Assembly: GCA_963851265.1 (NCBI GenBank)
Contig: CAWKNZ010000007.1
Coordinates: forward strand, 672,001 to 736,000
From: an uncultured Gemmatimonadales bacterium
GTDB taxonomy: Bacteria; Gemmatimonadota; Gemmatimonadetes; Gemmatimonadales; Gemmatimonadaceae
Direction of reading: 5' to 3'
DNA length: 64,000 nt
A model generated the notes under the pieces. It was not told where the DNA came from. It ran no database searches and worked only from the letters and a program-made list of their open reading frames with translations. Numbering within the stretch: position 1 is the stretch's first letter; every line of letters starts with the position of its first letter. A program made the position numbers and the translations under genes. Below, one piece after another: positions 42,439 through 50,426 of the stretch.

Positions 42439-42984
42439 ATGCCGCCCTCGCGCATGGTGATCATCGTCATGGGGCCTGCGGGCTCGGGGAAGTCCTTCGT
42501 CGGGGAACGCCTCGCCGCCGCACTCGGCTGGCGCTTCTACGAGGGCGACGCATTCCACCCCGCGGCCAACGTCGCGCGCATGCGCGCGGGGCTGCCGTTG
42601 GGTGACGCGGAGCGCGCGCCGTGGCTCGACGCGCTGGCGCACGTGGTCGCGGACTGCCTCGCGGGCGGAACGCCGGCGGTGCTCACGTGCTCCGCATTAC
42701 GGCGTGCGTACCGGAGCGCACTCGTGCCGGCCGGCGCCGCGCCGGGGACGGTGCGCTTCGTGTACCTGCGCGCCACACCGGCGCTCCTCGCCGCGCGTCT
42801 CGCCGCGCGCGCGGGGCACTTCTTCGCGCCCGACCTCCTCGCGAGTCAGCTCGCCGCACTCGAGCCGCCCGACGACGCGGAACCGGCGCCCGTGCTCGTC
42901 CTCGACGCCGCCGCGTCGCCAGACGCGCTGATTGATGACGTATGCCGCACATTCGCACTCGACCAACGACCGAAATCGCACTGA
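42439..42984 (+). CDS. gntK: Gluconokinase
   Basis: MGPAGSGKS, EGDAFHP.AN, CSALRRAYR and HFF..LL.SQ..LEPP. Confidence 0.9.
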   Translation: MPPSRMVIIVMGPAGSGKSFVGERLAAALGWRFYEGDAFHPAANVARMRAGLPLGDAERAPWLDALAHVVADCLAGGTPAVLTCSALRRAYRSALVPAGAAPGTVRFVYLRATPALLAARLAARAGHFFAPDLLASQLAALEPPDDAEPAPVLVLDAAASPDALIDDVCRTFALDQRPKSH

Positions 42985-43043
42985 CGCGCCACAAATCCGC
43001 GTCCCCGCGCGTGTACGGCGCGGCCCGTGCGAGACTGCGACCC

Positions 43044-43322
43044 GTGCCCTCCTCCGACGCCTCGGCCGGCAATCCCGCCGGCAACGCCCCGCTGCGCGGC
43101 GAGGCGCGCTCCGCGCAGCCGCGGCCGTTGCGGCGCGTGCTCGTCCACATGGGCGTCGAATGGACCGTGACCGAGTGTGACGGCTCGCAGGTCCCCGGCT
43201 CGCGCGGTGCGCGGTGCCTCGTGTTCGCGTCGTCTGAGGCGATCCGCCGCGTCTGGGACGTGCCGCCCGACTGGTACACCCTCCCCGACGCGACACTCTT
43301 CGCGCTCAGCTGGCGGCGCTGA
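43044..43322 (+). CDS. Small hypothetical protein
   Basis: WTVTE...RCLVFASSEAIRRVWDVPPDWYTLPDATLFALS block; start uncertain. Confidence 0.6.
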   Translation: MPSSDASAGNPAGNAPLRGEARSAQPRPLRRVLVHMGVEWTVTECDGSQVPGSRGARCLVFASSEAIRRVWDVPPDWYTLPDATLFALSWRR

Positions 43323-43434
43323 ACGGGGCGAGGCGGCGGGCGACGCGTCGCACGTGGCCGCGCCCGGGACGACGCGCGGACCGGCGGCACCGAATGTGAA
43401 CCGGGCGCCTGCGTCCCTCATCCCTCCCGTCCGC

Positions 43435-43851
43435 ATGGCTGACCAGTCCGACCGCTCCGAATCGCGCCAACAGGCGCTCAACCCGCACCGCGACGAGGAC
43501 CGCCAGCGCGCGGCCGACGTCGCCTACTCGCAGCTCCGCCAGCGCGGCGTCGACGTCACCGGTGACGAGGACCCCGACGCGCTCGCCGACATCCTCGAGT
43601 CCGTCGAGCGCTTCGAGAACGCCGTCTCGATGCTCGGCGCCGACCGCATGACCAACGCGCCCGACAGCGCGCAGCCCGACGACCGCCGCCTCGTGCTCCC
43701 CCCGCGGCTCGACGGCGAGGCGCCCGCGACCTACGCGCGCCGCATCCGCTCGGCGGCCGACGGCATCCAGAGCCGCGCGCCGGCCGACGCGCCGGCCCAG
43801 GGCGCGGGCGACGCCGCGTTAGGCGGTCTGGCCGCCGACGCGCAGGGCTGA
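43435..43851 (+). CDS. Hypothetical protein (138 aa)
   Basis: LRQRGVDVTGDE...LESVERFE.AV..LGAD; good codon bias. Confidence 0.75.
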   Translation: MADQSDRSESRQQALNPHRDEDRQRAADVAYSQLRQRGVDVTGDEDPDALADILESVERFENAVSMLGADRMTNAPDSAQPDDRRLVLPPRLDGEAPATYARRIRSAADGIQSRAPADAPAQGAGDAALGGLAADAQG

Positions 43852-43886
43852 GCGCGGCGGGGCGGCGCGCCGCCATGCCGGCACCG

Positions 43887-43928
43887 GTCGCGCCGTAGCC
43901 GGTCGCGCGCGACCGGCTACGGCGCGAC
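43887..43928. repeat. Perfect spacer-less 42-bp palindrome overlapping a stop codon
   Basis: GTCGCGCCGTAGCCGGTCGCGCGCGACCGGCTACGGCGCGAC equals its own reverse complement. Confidence 0.9.
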
Positions 43929-45500
43929 GCCCTCGCGCAACCCGCGCAGTGCGCGGCGTACGGCGTTCATCGCCGGGCGCACCGCCCCACTCGCGCCGCG
44001 CAGGCCGGTCATCTCGGTGTAGTCCCCGGGCTCGCCGACGAGCACGCCGCCGATTTCGGGCCGCCCGCTCGCCCAGGCGATCGTGTGCCACACGACCCCT
44101 TCCTGGCTCGCGACGCCGTGCACCACGGGGAACCCGCGCACGTCGAACACCCACTCCTCCTTCGGCCGCGGCGGCGCGTCCGGGGCGGACTCGGCCGCGC
44201 GCACCCAACGTTCGGCCGCGCGGAGCCGCGCGTCGACCCCGCCGGCGCCGCTGAACGACGGGCGCACCGTGAATCCCACCACGTCGAGCGGCGCCGCGCG
44301 CGACGCGGCCCACGCCCAGAGCGTGCTGTCCGCCGCGCTGTAATCGCCCGCCGCGACGCCGACGCGGATCCGGCGGTTGACCGCGTGGGCGCGCGTGGCC
44401 GCGGCCGCGAGATAGCGCTCCCACTCCGCGGGGGCCAGACGGCCCACGTCGTCCGTCGCGTCGCCGTAGGGCGCGCCGGCCGGAAGGATCAGGTCGGGGC
44501 GGAGCGCGCGTGCCGCGCGCTCGACGAGCGCCAGCCGCCGCGCGTCGAACCCCTCCGGGTCGGCACGCCGCCGGGCCGCGTCGCCCGGCTCGTAGTCGAG
44601 CGTGACGACGAGGAGCGTGCTGTCGCGCTGCGTGGGTTCGAGCACCCCGGACAGCGAGTCGAGCGCGGTGAGCGCGAGCCCGCCGGGGCGGAGCCGCACG
44701 TGCACCGCGTCGAGGTCGACCGAGTCGACGAGCGGCGCGTCGTTGCGGACCGTGAGCGCGGGCGGCGGCCCGGCGAGGTGCGTCAGCATCGCGAGCCCGA
44801 CCGCGAGATCGCCGTTCGGCCGCTCGCTCAGGCGTTCCGTGCGGTAGGGCGCGTAGCTCGCGATCGCCGCCGTCGCTCGCGGCAGCTCGAGGACCGTCAC
44901 GCCCGCGACGAACGCCGCCGACACCGAAATCAGCGCGCGCGTCGCACGCGTGAGCCGCCAGCGTGCCGGATAGGCGGGCACGAGCAGGGGCACGAGCACC
45001 GCGAGCGGTGAGACGAGTGCCGCGTTGCCGAGCACCGTGCCGAGCACCGTCGCCTGGGCGGCCGAGAGCGAGAGGAGAAACGCGGGCGGTTCGACCCCGC
45101 GTTCGACGAGGTAGCGGGTGACGGTGACCAGCGTGACGACGAGGTCGTACACGACGAGCGGGATCCCGACGAGTGGCGTGACGAGCCTCCGCCCGGTGGC
45201 GTAGGCCGCCTGCGCGAGCACCAGCAGCGCCGTGAGCGGCCAGAGCCACGCCACCGTGTTCACCGCACGGCCGCCGTACAGCGTGCTTCCCGCGATGTGC
45301 GTGAGGTAGGCCGGCGCGATGAGCAGCCCACACACGCCGCTCAGCAGGGCGAGCGCGCCTGGCGCGCGGCGCAGCTGCGCGATGCGCCCCGCGTAGGCCA
45401 CGTTCCACGCGACGGCGAGCAGCGTCGCCGCTGCGTACCCCGCCACCGACGGCTCGACCGTCGGAACGACGGCGAGCGCCAGTACCGCGAGTCCTGCCAT
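43917..45500 (-). CDS. Multi-TM membrane protein with a C-terminal alpha/beta (possibly TIM-barrel glycoside-hydrolase-like) domain
   Basis: About 6 N-terminal TM segments followed by an alternating beta/alpha soluble domain; TGATG coupling to the upstream gene. Confidence 0.7.
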   Translation of the reverse strand: MAGLAVLALAVVPTVEPSVAGYAAATLLAVAWNVAYAGRIAQLRRAPGALALLSGVCGLLIAPAYLTHIAGSTLYGGRAVNTVAWLWPLTALLVLAQAAYATGRRLVTPLVGIPLVVYDLVVTLVTVTRYLVERGVEPPAFLLSLSAAQATVLGTVLGNAALVSPLAVLVPLLVPAYPARWRLTRATRALISVSAAFVAGVTVLELPRATAAIASYAPYRTERLSERPNGDLAVGLAMLTHLAGPPPALTVRNDAPLVDSVDLDAVHVRLRPGGLALTALDSLSGVLEPTQRDSTLLVVTLDYEPGDAARRRADPEGFDARRLALVERAARALRPDLILPAGAPYGDATDDVGRLAPAEWERYLAAAATRAHAVNRRIRVGVAAGDYSAADSTLWAWAASRAAPLDVVGFTVRPSFSGAGGVDARLRAAERWVRAAESAPDAPPRPKEEWVFDVRGFPVVHGVASQEGVVWHTIAWASGRPEIGGVLVGEPGDYTEMTGLRGASGAVRPAMNAVRRALRGLREGVAP

Positions 45501-45850
45501 CAGCCGCGCGCGTGCGCTTCGGCGTGCACCGAGCGCGCGCTCAGGCGCCGGGCAAACACGTCGGCCGCCTTGCGCGGATCGCCCGCGAGCGGCGCCAGCA
45601 CGTCGAGCAGCAGCACGCCTTCGTCCGGGCGCGTGTGCACGATGATGTGGCAGCTGCCCAGGAGGAGCGCCGCCGCGATCCCACCGCTGGGCAGCGTGCG
45701 GATCACCGGCGTGCCGTCGCCCGCGATCGCGCTCAGCCCCGCCGCCCCCGCCGCGGCGACGAGCAACCCCCCGACGAGGGCGCGGTCGGTGAGCTGCGCG
45801 GCGGGCACTCCGGCGAAGTCGGCGAGCAAGTGCGTGAACGCGGGGGGCAA
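45500..45850 (-). CDS. Divergent S-adenosylmethionine decarboxylase (SpeD class 1B)-like proenzyme
   Basis: HLLADFAG at the N-terminus; GGIAAALLLGSCHIIVHTRPDEG..LLDV; terminal RG; 116 aa. Confidence 0.75.
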   Translation of the reverse strand: MPPAFTHLLADFAGVPAAQLTDRALVGGLLVAAAGAAGLSAIAGDGTPVIRTLPSGGIAAALLLGSCHIIVHTRPDEGVLLLDVLAPLAGDPRKAADVFARRLSARSVHAEAHARG

Positions 45851-46066
45851 GCGAGGGCCAGCGACGAGCGGCGGCGAGGGCGGGCGATCGATCCGGGCAC
45901 GTTACGGGCCCACGCCCGCGCGCGGCAGTGGGCGCCGCGCAGGCCTGTCGTGCGTCCGACGCGACGCGTCCGGCGTACGCGTCCGGCGTACGCGTCGGTC
46001 GCAGCCGCCCGTAGCGCCGGCGCTCGGGGGCGCGCGCGAGCGTACGGGCGGTATAGCTTCTCGCCC

Positions 46067-46624
46067 ATGCCGTTCACCCCCGCCGCCAGGCCGGCCACTT
46101 CGGGGCCGACGACGCTGTGGACGCTGCCCAACGTCGTGTCGCTCTCGCGCGTCGCGCTCGCCGTCGGCTTCGTCGCCTCCACGGGGCCGGGCCAGCAGCT
46201 CGCCTACGTCGGCGTTGCCTCGCTCACCGACTTTCTGGACGGCTGGCTCGCGCGGCGCCGCAACGCGGTCACGCGCTGGGGCGCGCTGCTCGATCCGATC
46301 GCGGACCGCATCTTCGTGCTCGCCGCGGTCGCGACGTTCGTCGCGCACGGCGCGCTCGCGCCGTGGCAGGCGGTCGCGCTCCTCCTGCGCGACGTGATGA
46401 CGGTGATCGGCTTCTTCGTCGCGCGCTCGATCGCGTGGCTCCGCCCGGTGCGCTTCCGCGCCCGCCCGCTCGGCAAGGTCGTCACCGGATTTCAGCTCGC
46501 CACGCTGTTCGCGCTGATCCTCGTGCCGCGCCTCGCGTCGTGGCTCGTCGTCACCGTACTCCTGCTCGCGATCGCGGCCACGGTGGACTACACCCTCCTG
46601 CTGTGGCGCGAGCGCGAACGCTGA
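46067..46624 (+). CDS. CDP-alcohol phosphatidyltransferase (PgsA-like)
   Basis: TLPNVVSLSR and TDFLDGWLARR...WGALLDPIADR. Confidence 0.9.
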   Translation: MPFTPAARPATSGPTTLWTLPNVVSLSRVALAVGFVASTGPGQQLAYVGVASLTDFLDGWLARRRNAVTRWGALLDPIADRIFVLAAVATFVAHGALAPWQAVALLLRDVMTVIGFFVARSIAWLRPVRFRARPLGKVVTGFQLATLFALILVPRLASWLVVTVLLLAIAATVDYTLLLWRERER

Positions 46625-47127
46625 CACGGGCACGGACGCAGTCCCGCACGGCCCGCGTCGCCCTGGCGGCGCTGCTCGCCCTCGTAGTCGGCGCCCGCCG
46701 CGGCGCCGCCCAGCCCGCCGCCGACGCGCCACTCCGGCCGAGCCTGGCGGCGACCGCGGTGTTCGACGCGCACCCGCTCGGCCTCGTCAGCGCGGGCGTG
46801 GAGGGCGACGCGGGACTCTACACGCGCCTCGGTCTCAGCGCCGCGATCGGCACCTCGACCGCGAGCGGCGCGCACACCGTGGGCGAGGTGGCCGCCACCG
46901 GGCGCTTTCTGCTCGACCCGCTTCGCCAGCAGGCCCACGGGGTGTACGCGACCGGGGGGCTCGCGCTCCGCCTACAGCGGGCCACGCGACCGCGCCCCCT
47001 GGTGCTCGCCGGGTTGGGCGTCGAAGGGCGCCCGCTCGGGCCGGTGATGCCGGCGCTGGAAGCCGGGCTGGGCGGCGGGGCGCGGCTCGGCGTGGTGCTG
47101 CGCCCGGCGCGTCCGCGGCGCCGCTGA
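46603..47127 (+). CDS. Secreted hypothetical protein, small beta-barrel-like
   Basis: Signal peptide; amphipathic strands GRFLLDP, GVYATGG and EAGLGGGARLGVVLR; start uncertain. Confidence 0.6.
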   Translation: MARARTLTRARTQSRTARVALAALLALVVGARRGAAQPAADAPLRPSLAATAVFDAHPLGLVSAGVEGDAGLYTRLGLSAAIGTSTASGAHTVGEVAATGRFLLDPLRQQAHGVYATGGLALRLQRATRPRPLVLAGLGVEGRPLGPVMPALEAGLGGGARLGVVLRPARPRRR

Positions 47128-47247
47128 GCGCCCGCCGGGCGCGGCGTTAGGCGCGGGCGCGCCGGCCGGAAATGCGAACGCCCCCGAGTGCGGGGGCGCT
47201 GCGGACGTGCGGGCTCGGCGGGCGATCGGTGCCGGGCGGTGCTGACG

Positions 47248-47538
47248 TCAGGCCGCGGTCGTCGCGACCTGCTGCCGCTTCGGCGGCTGCGCGAAGCGCT
47301 CGCCGAGGGTGCGGAGCTCGCGGAGCTGCGCCGGGGCGAGCTCGGAGAAGCGGTCGGTCATGTACGCCATGGTGGCGTCGAACCACTCCTTCTGGTGCTC
47401 CGGCTCGGCGCCGATGACGCCGCACGACATCACGTGCTGGAACAGCTCGTCGCGCGCCTCCTCGAACGGGGTCGGGGCGGCCGTCTCGCGACGGGGTCGG
47501 ACGGCGGGGCCGCCCGCTTGCTGTCTCACTCTGCTCAT
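47248..47538 (-). CDS. Hypothetical protein (96 aa)
   Basis: FEEARDELFQH..CGV...WFD.TM.Y..RF helical core; AT-rich upstream region. Confidence 0.75.
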   Translation of the reverse strand: MSRVRQQAGGPAVRPRRETAAPTPFEEARDELFQHVMSCGVIGAEPEHQKEWFDATMAYMTDRFSELAPAQLRELRTLGERFAQPPKRQQVATTAA

Positions 47539-47682
47539 GTAATCGGGTTATGGACGAAAGGTTAGATATTGCTGCTGTAAAGTAATGGGACTGCGTGCCA
47601 GTTCCTAGCCAAAATGCCTGACGTGGTGCCGGGATCCGCGCCCCGTCGCGCGACCGTGACAGGGCGCCGCGTGCGGTCGGCA

Positions 47683-48654
47683 CTACTCCTCCGACTGCCG
47701 CCGGTCGGCCCCGCCGCGGTCCGCCTGCCGGCGGTCGCCGGAGTCTGCGGCGGCCACCGGAACTGCCGGCGCCGTGCGCGCCTCCGCGAGGTCGTCGGGC
47801 GTCGGCGCGGGGGCGTCGATCTCGGTCCGCGCGGCGTGCGCCGCGATCGTCGCCGCGAGCGCGTAGGGGGCCTCCTCCGGGACGAGCCGCCCGACTTTGG
47901 GAAACCGTTCGAGGCGGCTGCCCGGAATGGCCCGGAGCAGCTGCGCCGGCGTTCCCCGGTCGAGCCAGGGGTCGTCCTCACCCCACACCACGAGTGTCGG
48001 GGCGGTGATCGAGGCGAGGTCGATCTCTTCGACTTCTTCTACCCGTAAGGAGCGCGCAAGATCGAGCAGGTGCGGCACGCCTTCCGACCCCACGAACGGC
48101 GCGAGGTAGCGCGCGACGAGTTTCTCGGGCATGTGCTCGGGGTTGGCCACCGAGCCGCGCAGGAGCGGCGCGAGCAGCGGCGCCGCGCCGAACACCCCGC
48201 GCCCCAGCCGGAACACGAACCGCGCGGTGTTGCGCTGCAGCGTGCGCACGTCCTCGCCCGGCACGTCGTCGAAGGCGACGGCGTTGACCACCACCAGTCC
48301 GGCCACCCGGTCGGGGCGCGTCGCGGCGAGCCGCAGGGCGACCGCGCCGCCGATGTCGACGCCGACGACCAGCGCCCGCGCGACGCGCAGCACGGTGAGC
48401 GCCCGGTCGAGATACTCCGACTGTGCCGCGACCCCGAAGTCGGCCTCGAGCGGGCGGTCGCTCTCGCCGTGGCCGAGCAGGTCGATCGCGAACACCGTGT
48501 GCCGCGCGGCCGCGAGCGCCGGCGCCACGGCGCGCCACAGGAACGTCGAGGTGCCAAACCCGTGCAGCAGCACGATCGGCAGCCCACCCTGGCCGTAGCG
48601 TTCGACGTGGACCGAGCCCGGCCCAACGGGGATACGAAGATGGTCGGCGCGCAC
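47683..48654 (-). CDS. Alpha/beta hydrolase fold protein with Asp nucleophile; catalytic His replaced by Arg
   Basis: LLHGFGT, DLLGHGESD, GVDIGG, VVWGEDDP and VGRLVPEEAP. Confidence 0.85.
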   Translation of the reverse strand: MRADHLRIPVGPGSVHVERYGQGGLPIVLLHGFGTSTFLWRAVAPALAAARHTVFAIDLLGHGESDRPLEADFGVAAQSEYLDRALTVLRVARALVVGVDIGGAVALRLAATRPDRVAGLVVVNAVAFDDVPGEDVRTLQRNTARFVFRLGRGVFGAAPLLAPLLRGSVANPEHMPEKLVARYLAPFVGSEGVPHLLDLARSLRVEEVEEIDLASITAPTLVVWGEDDPWLDRGTPAQLLRAIPGSRLERFPKVGRLVPEEAPYALAATIAAHAARTEIDAPAPTPDDLAEARTAPAVPVAAADSGDRRQADRGGADRRQSEE

Positions 48655-48736
48655 GGCGCAAAGGTATGCGCATCGCATGCCGCTACGGCCACGTCTAGCT
48701 TACGACCGGCGTCCCGCCGTCCATCACCGCCTCTCG

Positions 48737-49042
48737 ATGTCCGATTCCGACCAGACCTACGACGCCGGGCGCGCCCGCAACCTCGAAGCGCTCCTCGTCA
48801 CCCTCGCCGACCGCATCCGGGCGCTCCACGGCGAGGGTGTCCTTCTGCGGCACGCGGGCGAACTCATGCGCCTCCTCGGCGACGTGCGCAGCGAGCTGTT
48901 TCACTACGAAGTGCGCGCGACCTACGACACGCCCGAGGTGGCCGAGAGCCGCCGGGTCGTGCGCGACGCCATCGACGCCCAGTCGGGTCCCACCTGGCAA
49001 CCCTCCGAGTGGGCACCCGACGCACCCGAGGACCGCGAGTGA
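48737..49042 (+). CDS. Hypothetical protein (101 aa)
   Basis: Codon bias; GTGA overlap with the DsbA gene. Confidence 0.7.
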   Translation: MSDSDQTYDAGRARNLEALLVTLADRIRALHGEGVLLRHAGELMRLLGDVRSELFHYEVRATYDTPEVAESRRVVRDAIDAQSGPTWQPSEWAPDAPEDRE

Positions 49043-49806
49043 CCGCCCCACGCCCCGCCGGCAAGACCGGCCCCAACGTCGTGCGCCAGACCCGTGGCGG
49101 CTCCAGCCGCAAGGGCTTTTACGTGGTGCTCCTGCTGATCGCCGTCGTCGGCATCGCGGCAATCGCCACGGTGCTACAGCGGAGCAATGCGAGCGAGACC
49201 GCCCCGATCACCGTGCCGCCCCCCACGGCCGCGCTCGGCGCGCGGCCGGTCGGCTACACCCTCGGCAACGCCAACGCGCCGGTCGAGATCATCGAGTTCG
49301 CCGACTTCGAATGCCCGATCTGCGGCCAGTTCGCGACGGTGAGCGAGCCCGACGTGCGCAAGCAGCTCATCGCCACCGGACTCGCGCGCTATCGCCTGTA
49401 CGACCTGCAGGTGAACACGGGGCACCACAACAGCCCGGCCGCCTCGCTCGCGGCCGCGTGCGCCGACGAGCAGGGCAAGTTCTGGCCGATGCACGACCGG
49501 CTGTTCGAGGGGCAGAACGACTGGAACACCGAGGCCACGAGCGAGCCGCGCCCGGTCTTCGCCGGCTACGCGCAGCAGCTCGGCCTCGACATGACGCGCT
49601 GGAATCAGTGCTTCGACCAGCGCCGCCACCTCGAGCGCCTCGCCGCCAACCGGGCTGAGGCCGAGCGGGTCCATTTCCAGGGCACGCCCAACTTCGTGAT
49701 CGGTGACCGGCTCTACTCCAACCCGCTGACCTTCGACCAGATCAAGGCCGCGGTCGACTCGGCGCGCACGCGCGTCACCGCTACGCCGCCCGTCGCGGCG
49801 CAGTAA
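49039..49806 (+). CDS. Membrane-anchored DsbA/thioredoxin_4 family oxidoreductase
   Basis: N-terminal TM; EFADFECPIC, AAACADEQGKFWPMHD and GTPNF. Confidence 0.9.
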   Translation: MTAPRPAGKTGPNVVRQTRGGSSRKGFYVVLLLIAVVGIAAIATVLQRSNASETAPITVPPPTAALGARPVGYTLGNANAPVEIIEFADFECPICGQFATVSEPDVRKQLIATGLARYRLYDLQVNTGHHNSPAASLAAACADEQGKFWPMHDRLFEGQNDWNTEATSEPRPVFAGYAQQLGLDMTRWNQCFDQRRHLERLAANRAEAERVHFQGTPNFVIGDRLYSNPLTFDQIKAAVDSARTRVTATPPVAAQ

Positions 49807-49810
49807 GCCG

Positions 49811-49845
49811 GCGGGTCGTCCCGCGCACGGCGCGGGACGACCCGC
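49811..49845. terminator. Perfect 16-bp hairpin between convergent genes
   Basis: GCGGGTCGTCCCGCGC-acg-GCGCGGGACGACCCGC. Confidence 0.65.
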
Positions 49846-49863
49846 TCCGGGACGCGCGCCCGG

Positions 49864-50262
49864 CTACGCCCGCCGCCGCGCGTCCGCCGCGTCGTCCAAC
49901 CGCAGTCGCGGTTTGGCGGACACCGATTCCACGCCGGCGTCCGCGGCCGTCCCGTTCTCCGCGCGCCCCTCGGCCCGCTGGCGCCGGCGGTAGGGCACGA
50001 GGTCCTGCCCAAGTACGACGAGTGCGCGAGTCGCGACCGTGCTCGCCAGCGGCTCCGGAATTCCCATCACGCGGATGTACGTGTCGATCGCCCGGTCGAA
50101 CGTCATGTCCTCGGCCAGCGTGTCCATGAACATCAGCGCGTTGTCGACGTGCACGCGCACGATGGACTCCTCCGCCCGCGCCTGCGCCAACCGGAGCCGC
50201 CGCTCGGCAGCCTCGGGAAGCTTGCGGGCGAAGATGGATTCGGGGAACAGATTGCCGAGCAT
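49864..50262 (-). CDS. Hypothetical protein (132 aa)
   Basis: Helical protein RRLRLAQARAEE...HVDNAL; strong codon bias. Confidence 0.75.
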   Translation of the reverse strand: MLGNLFPESIFARKLPEAAERRLRLAQARAEESIVRVHVDNALMFMDTLAEDMTFDRAIDTYIRVMGIPEPLASTVATRALVVLGQDLVPYRRRQRAEGRAENGTAADAGVESVSAKPRLRLDDAADARRRA

Positions 50263-50426
50263 GGCCACGAGCGAGGTCCTCGGGGGACGGGCGGGGACGG
50301 GCGGAGCGGGCGCGCGAAGCCCCCGCTCGCCAGGCGGACGAGACCGCAGCCGGCGAACGGGGGCAGGGAGCGTACCACAGAGACCCGCGGGCGGGTCGAG
50401 GGGTCACGAAAACGGCAGGGGCCGCC

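Noticed and set aside
46621..46624. Non-canonical CTG start for the ORF ending at 47127
   Set aside because: An in-frame GTG at 46603 offers an ordinary overlapping start.
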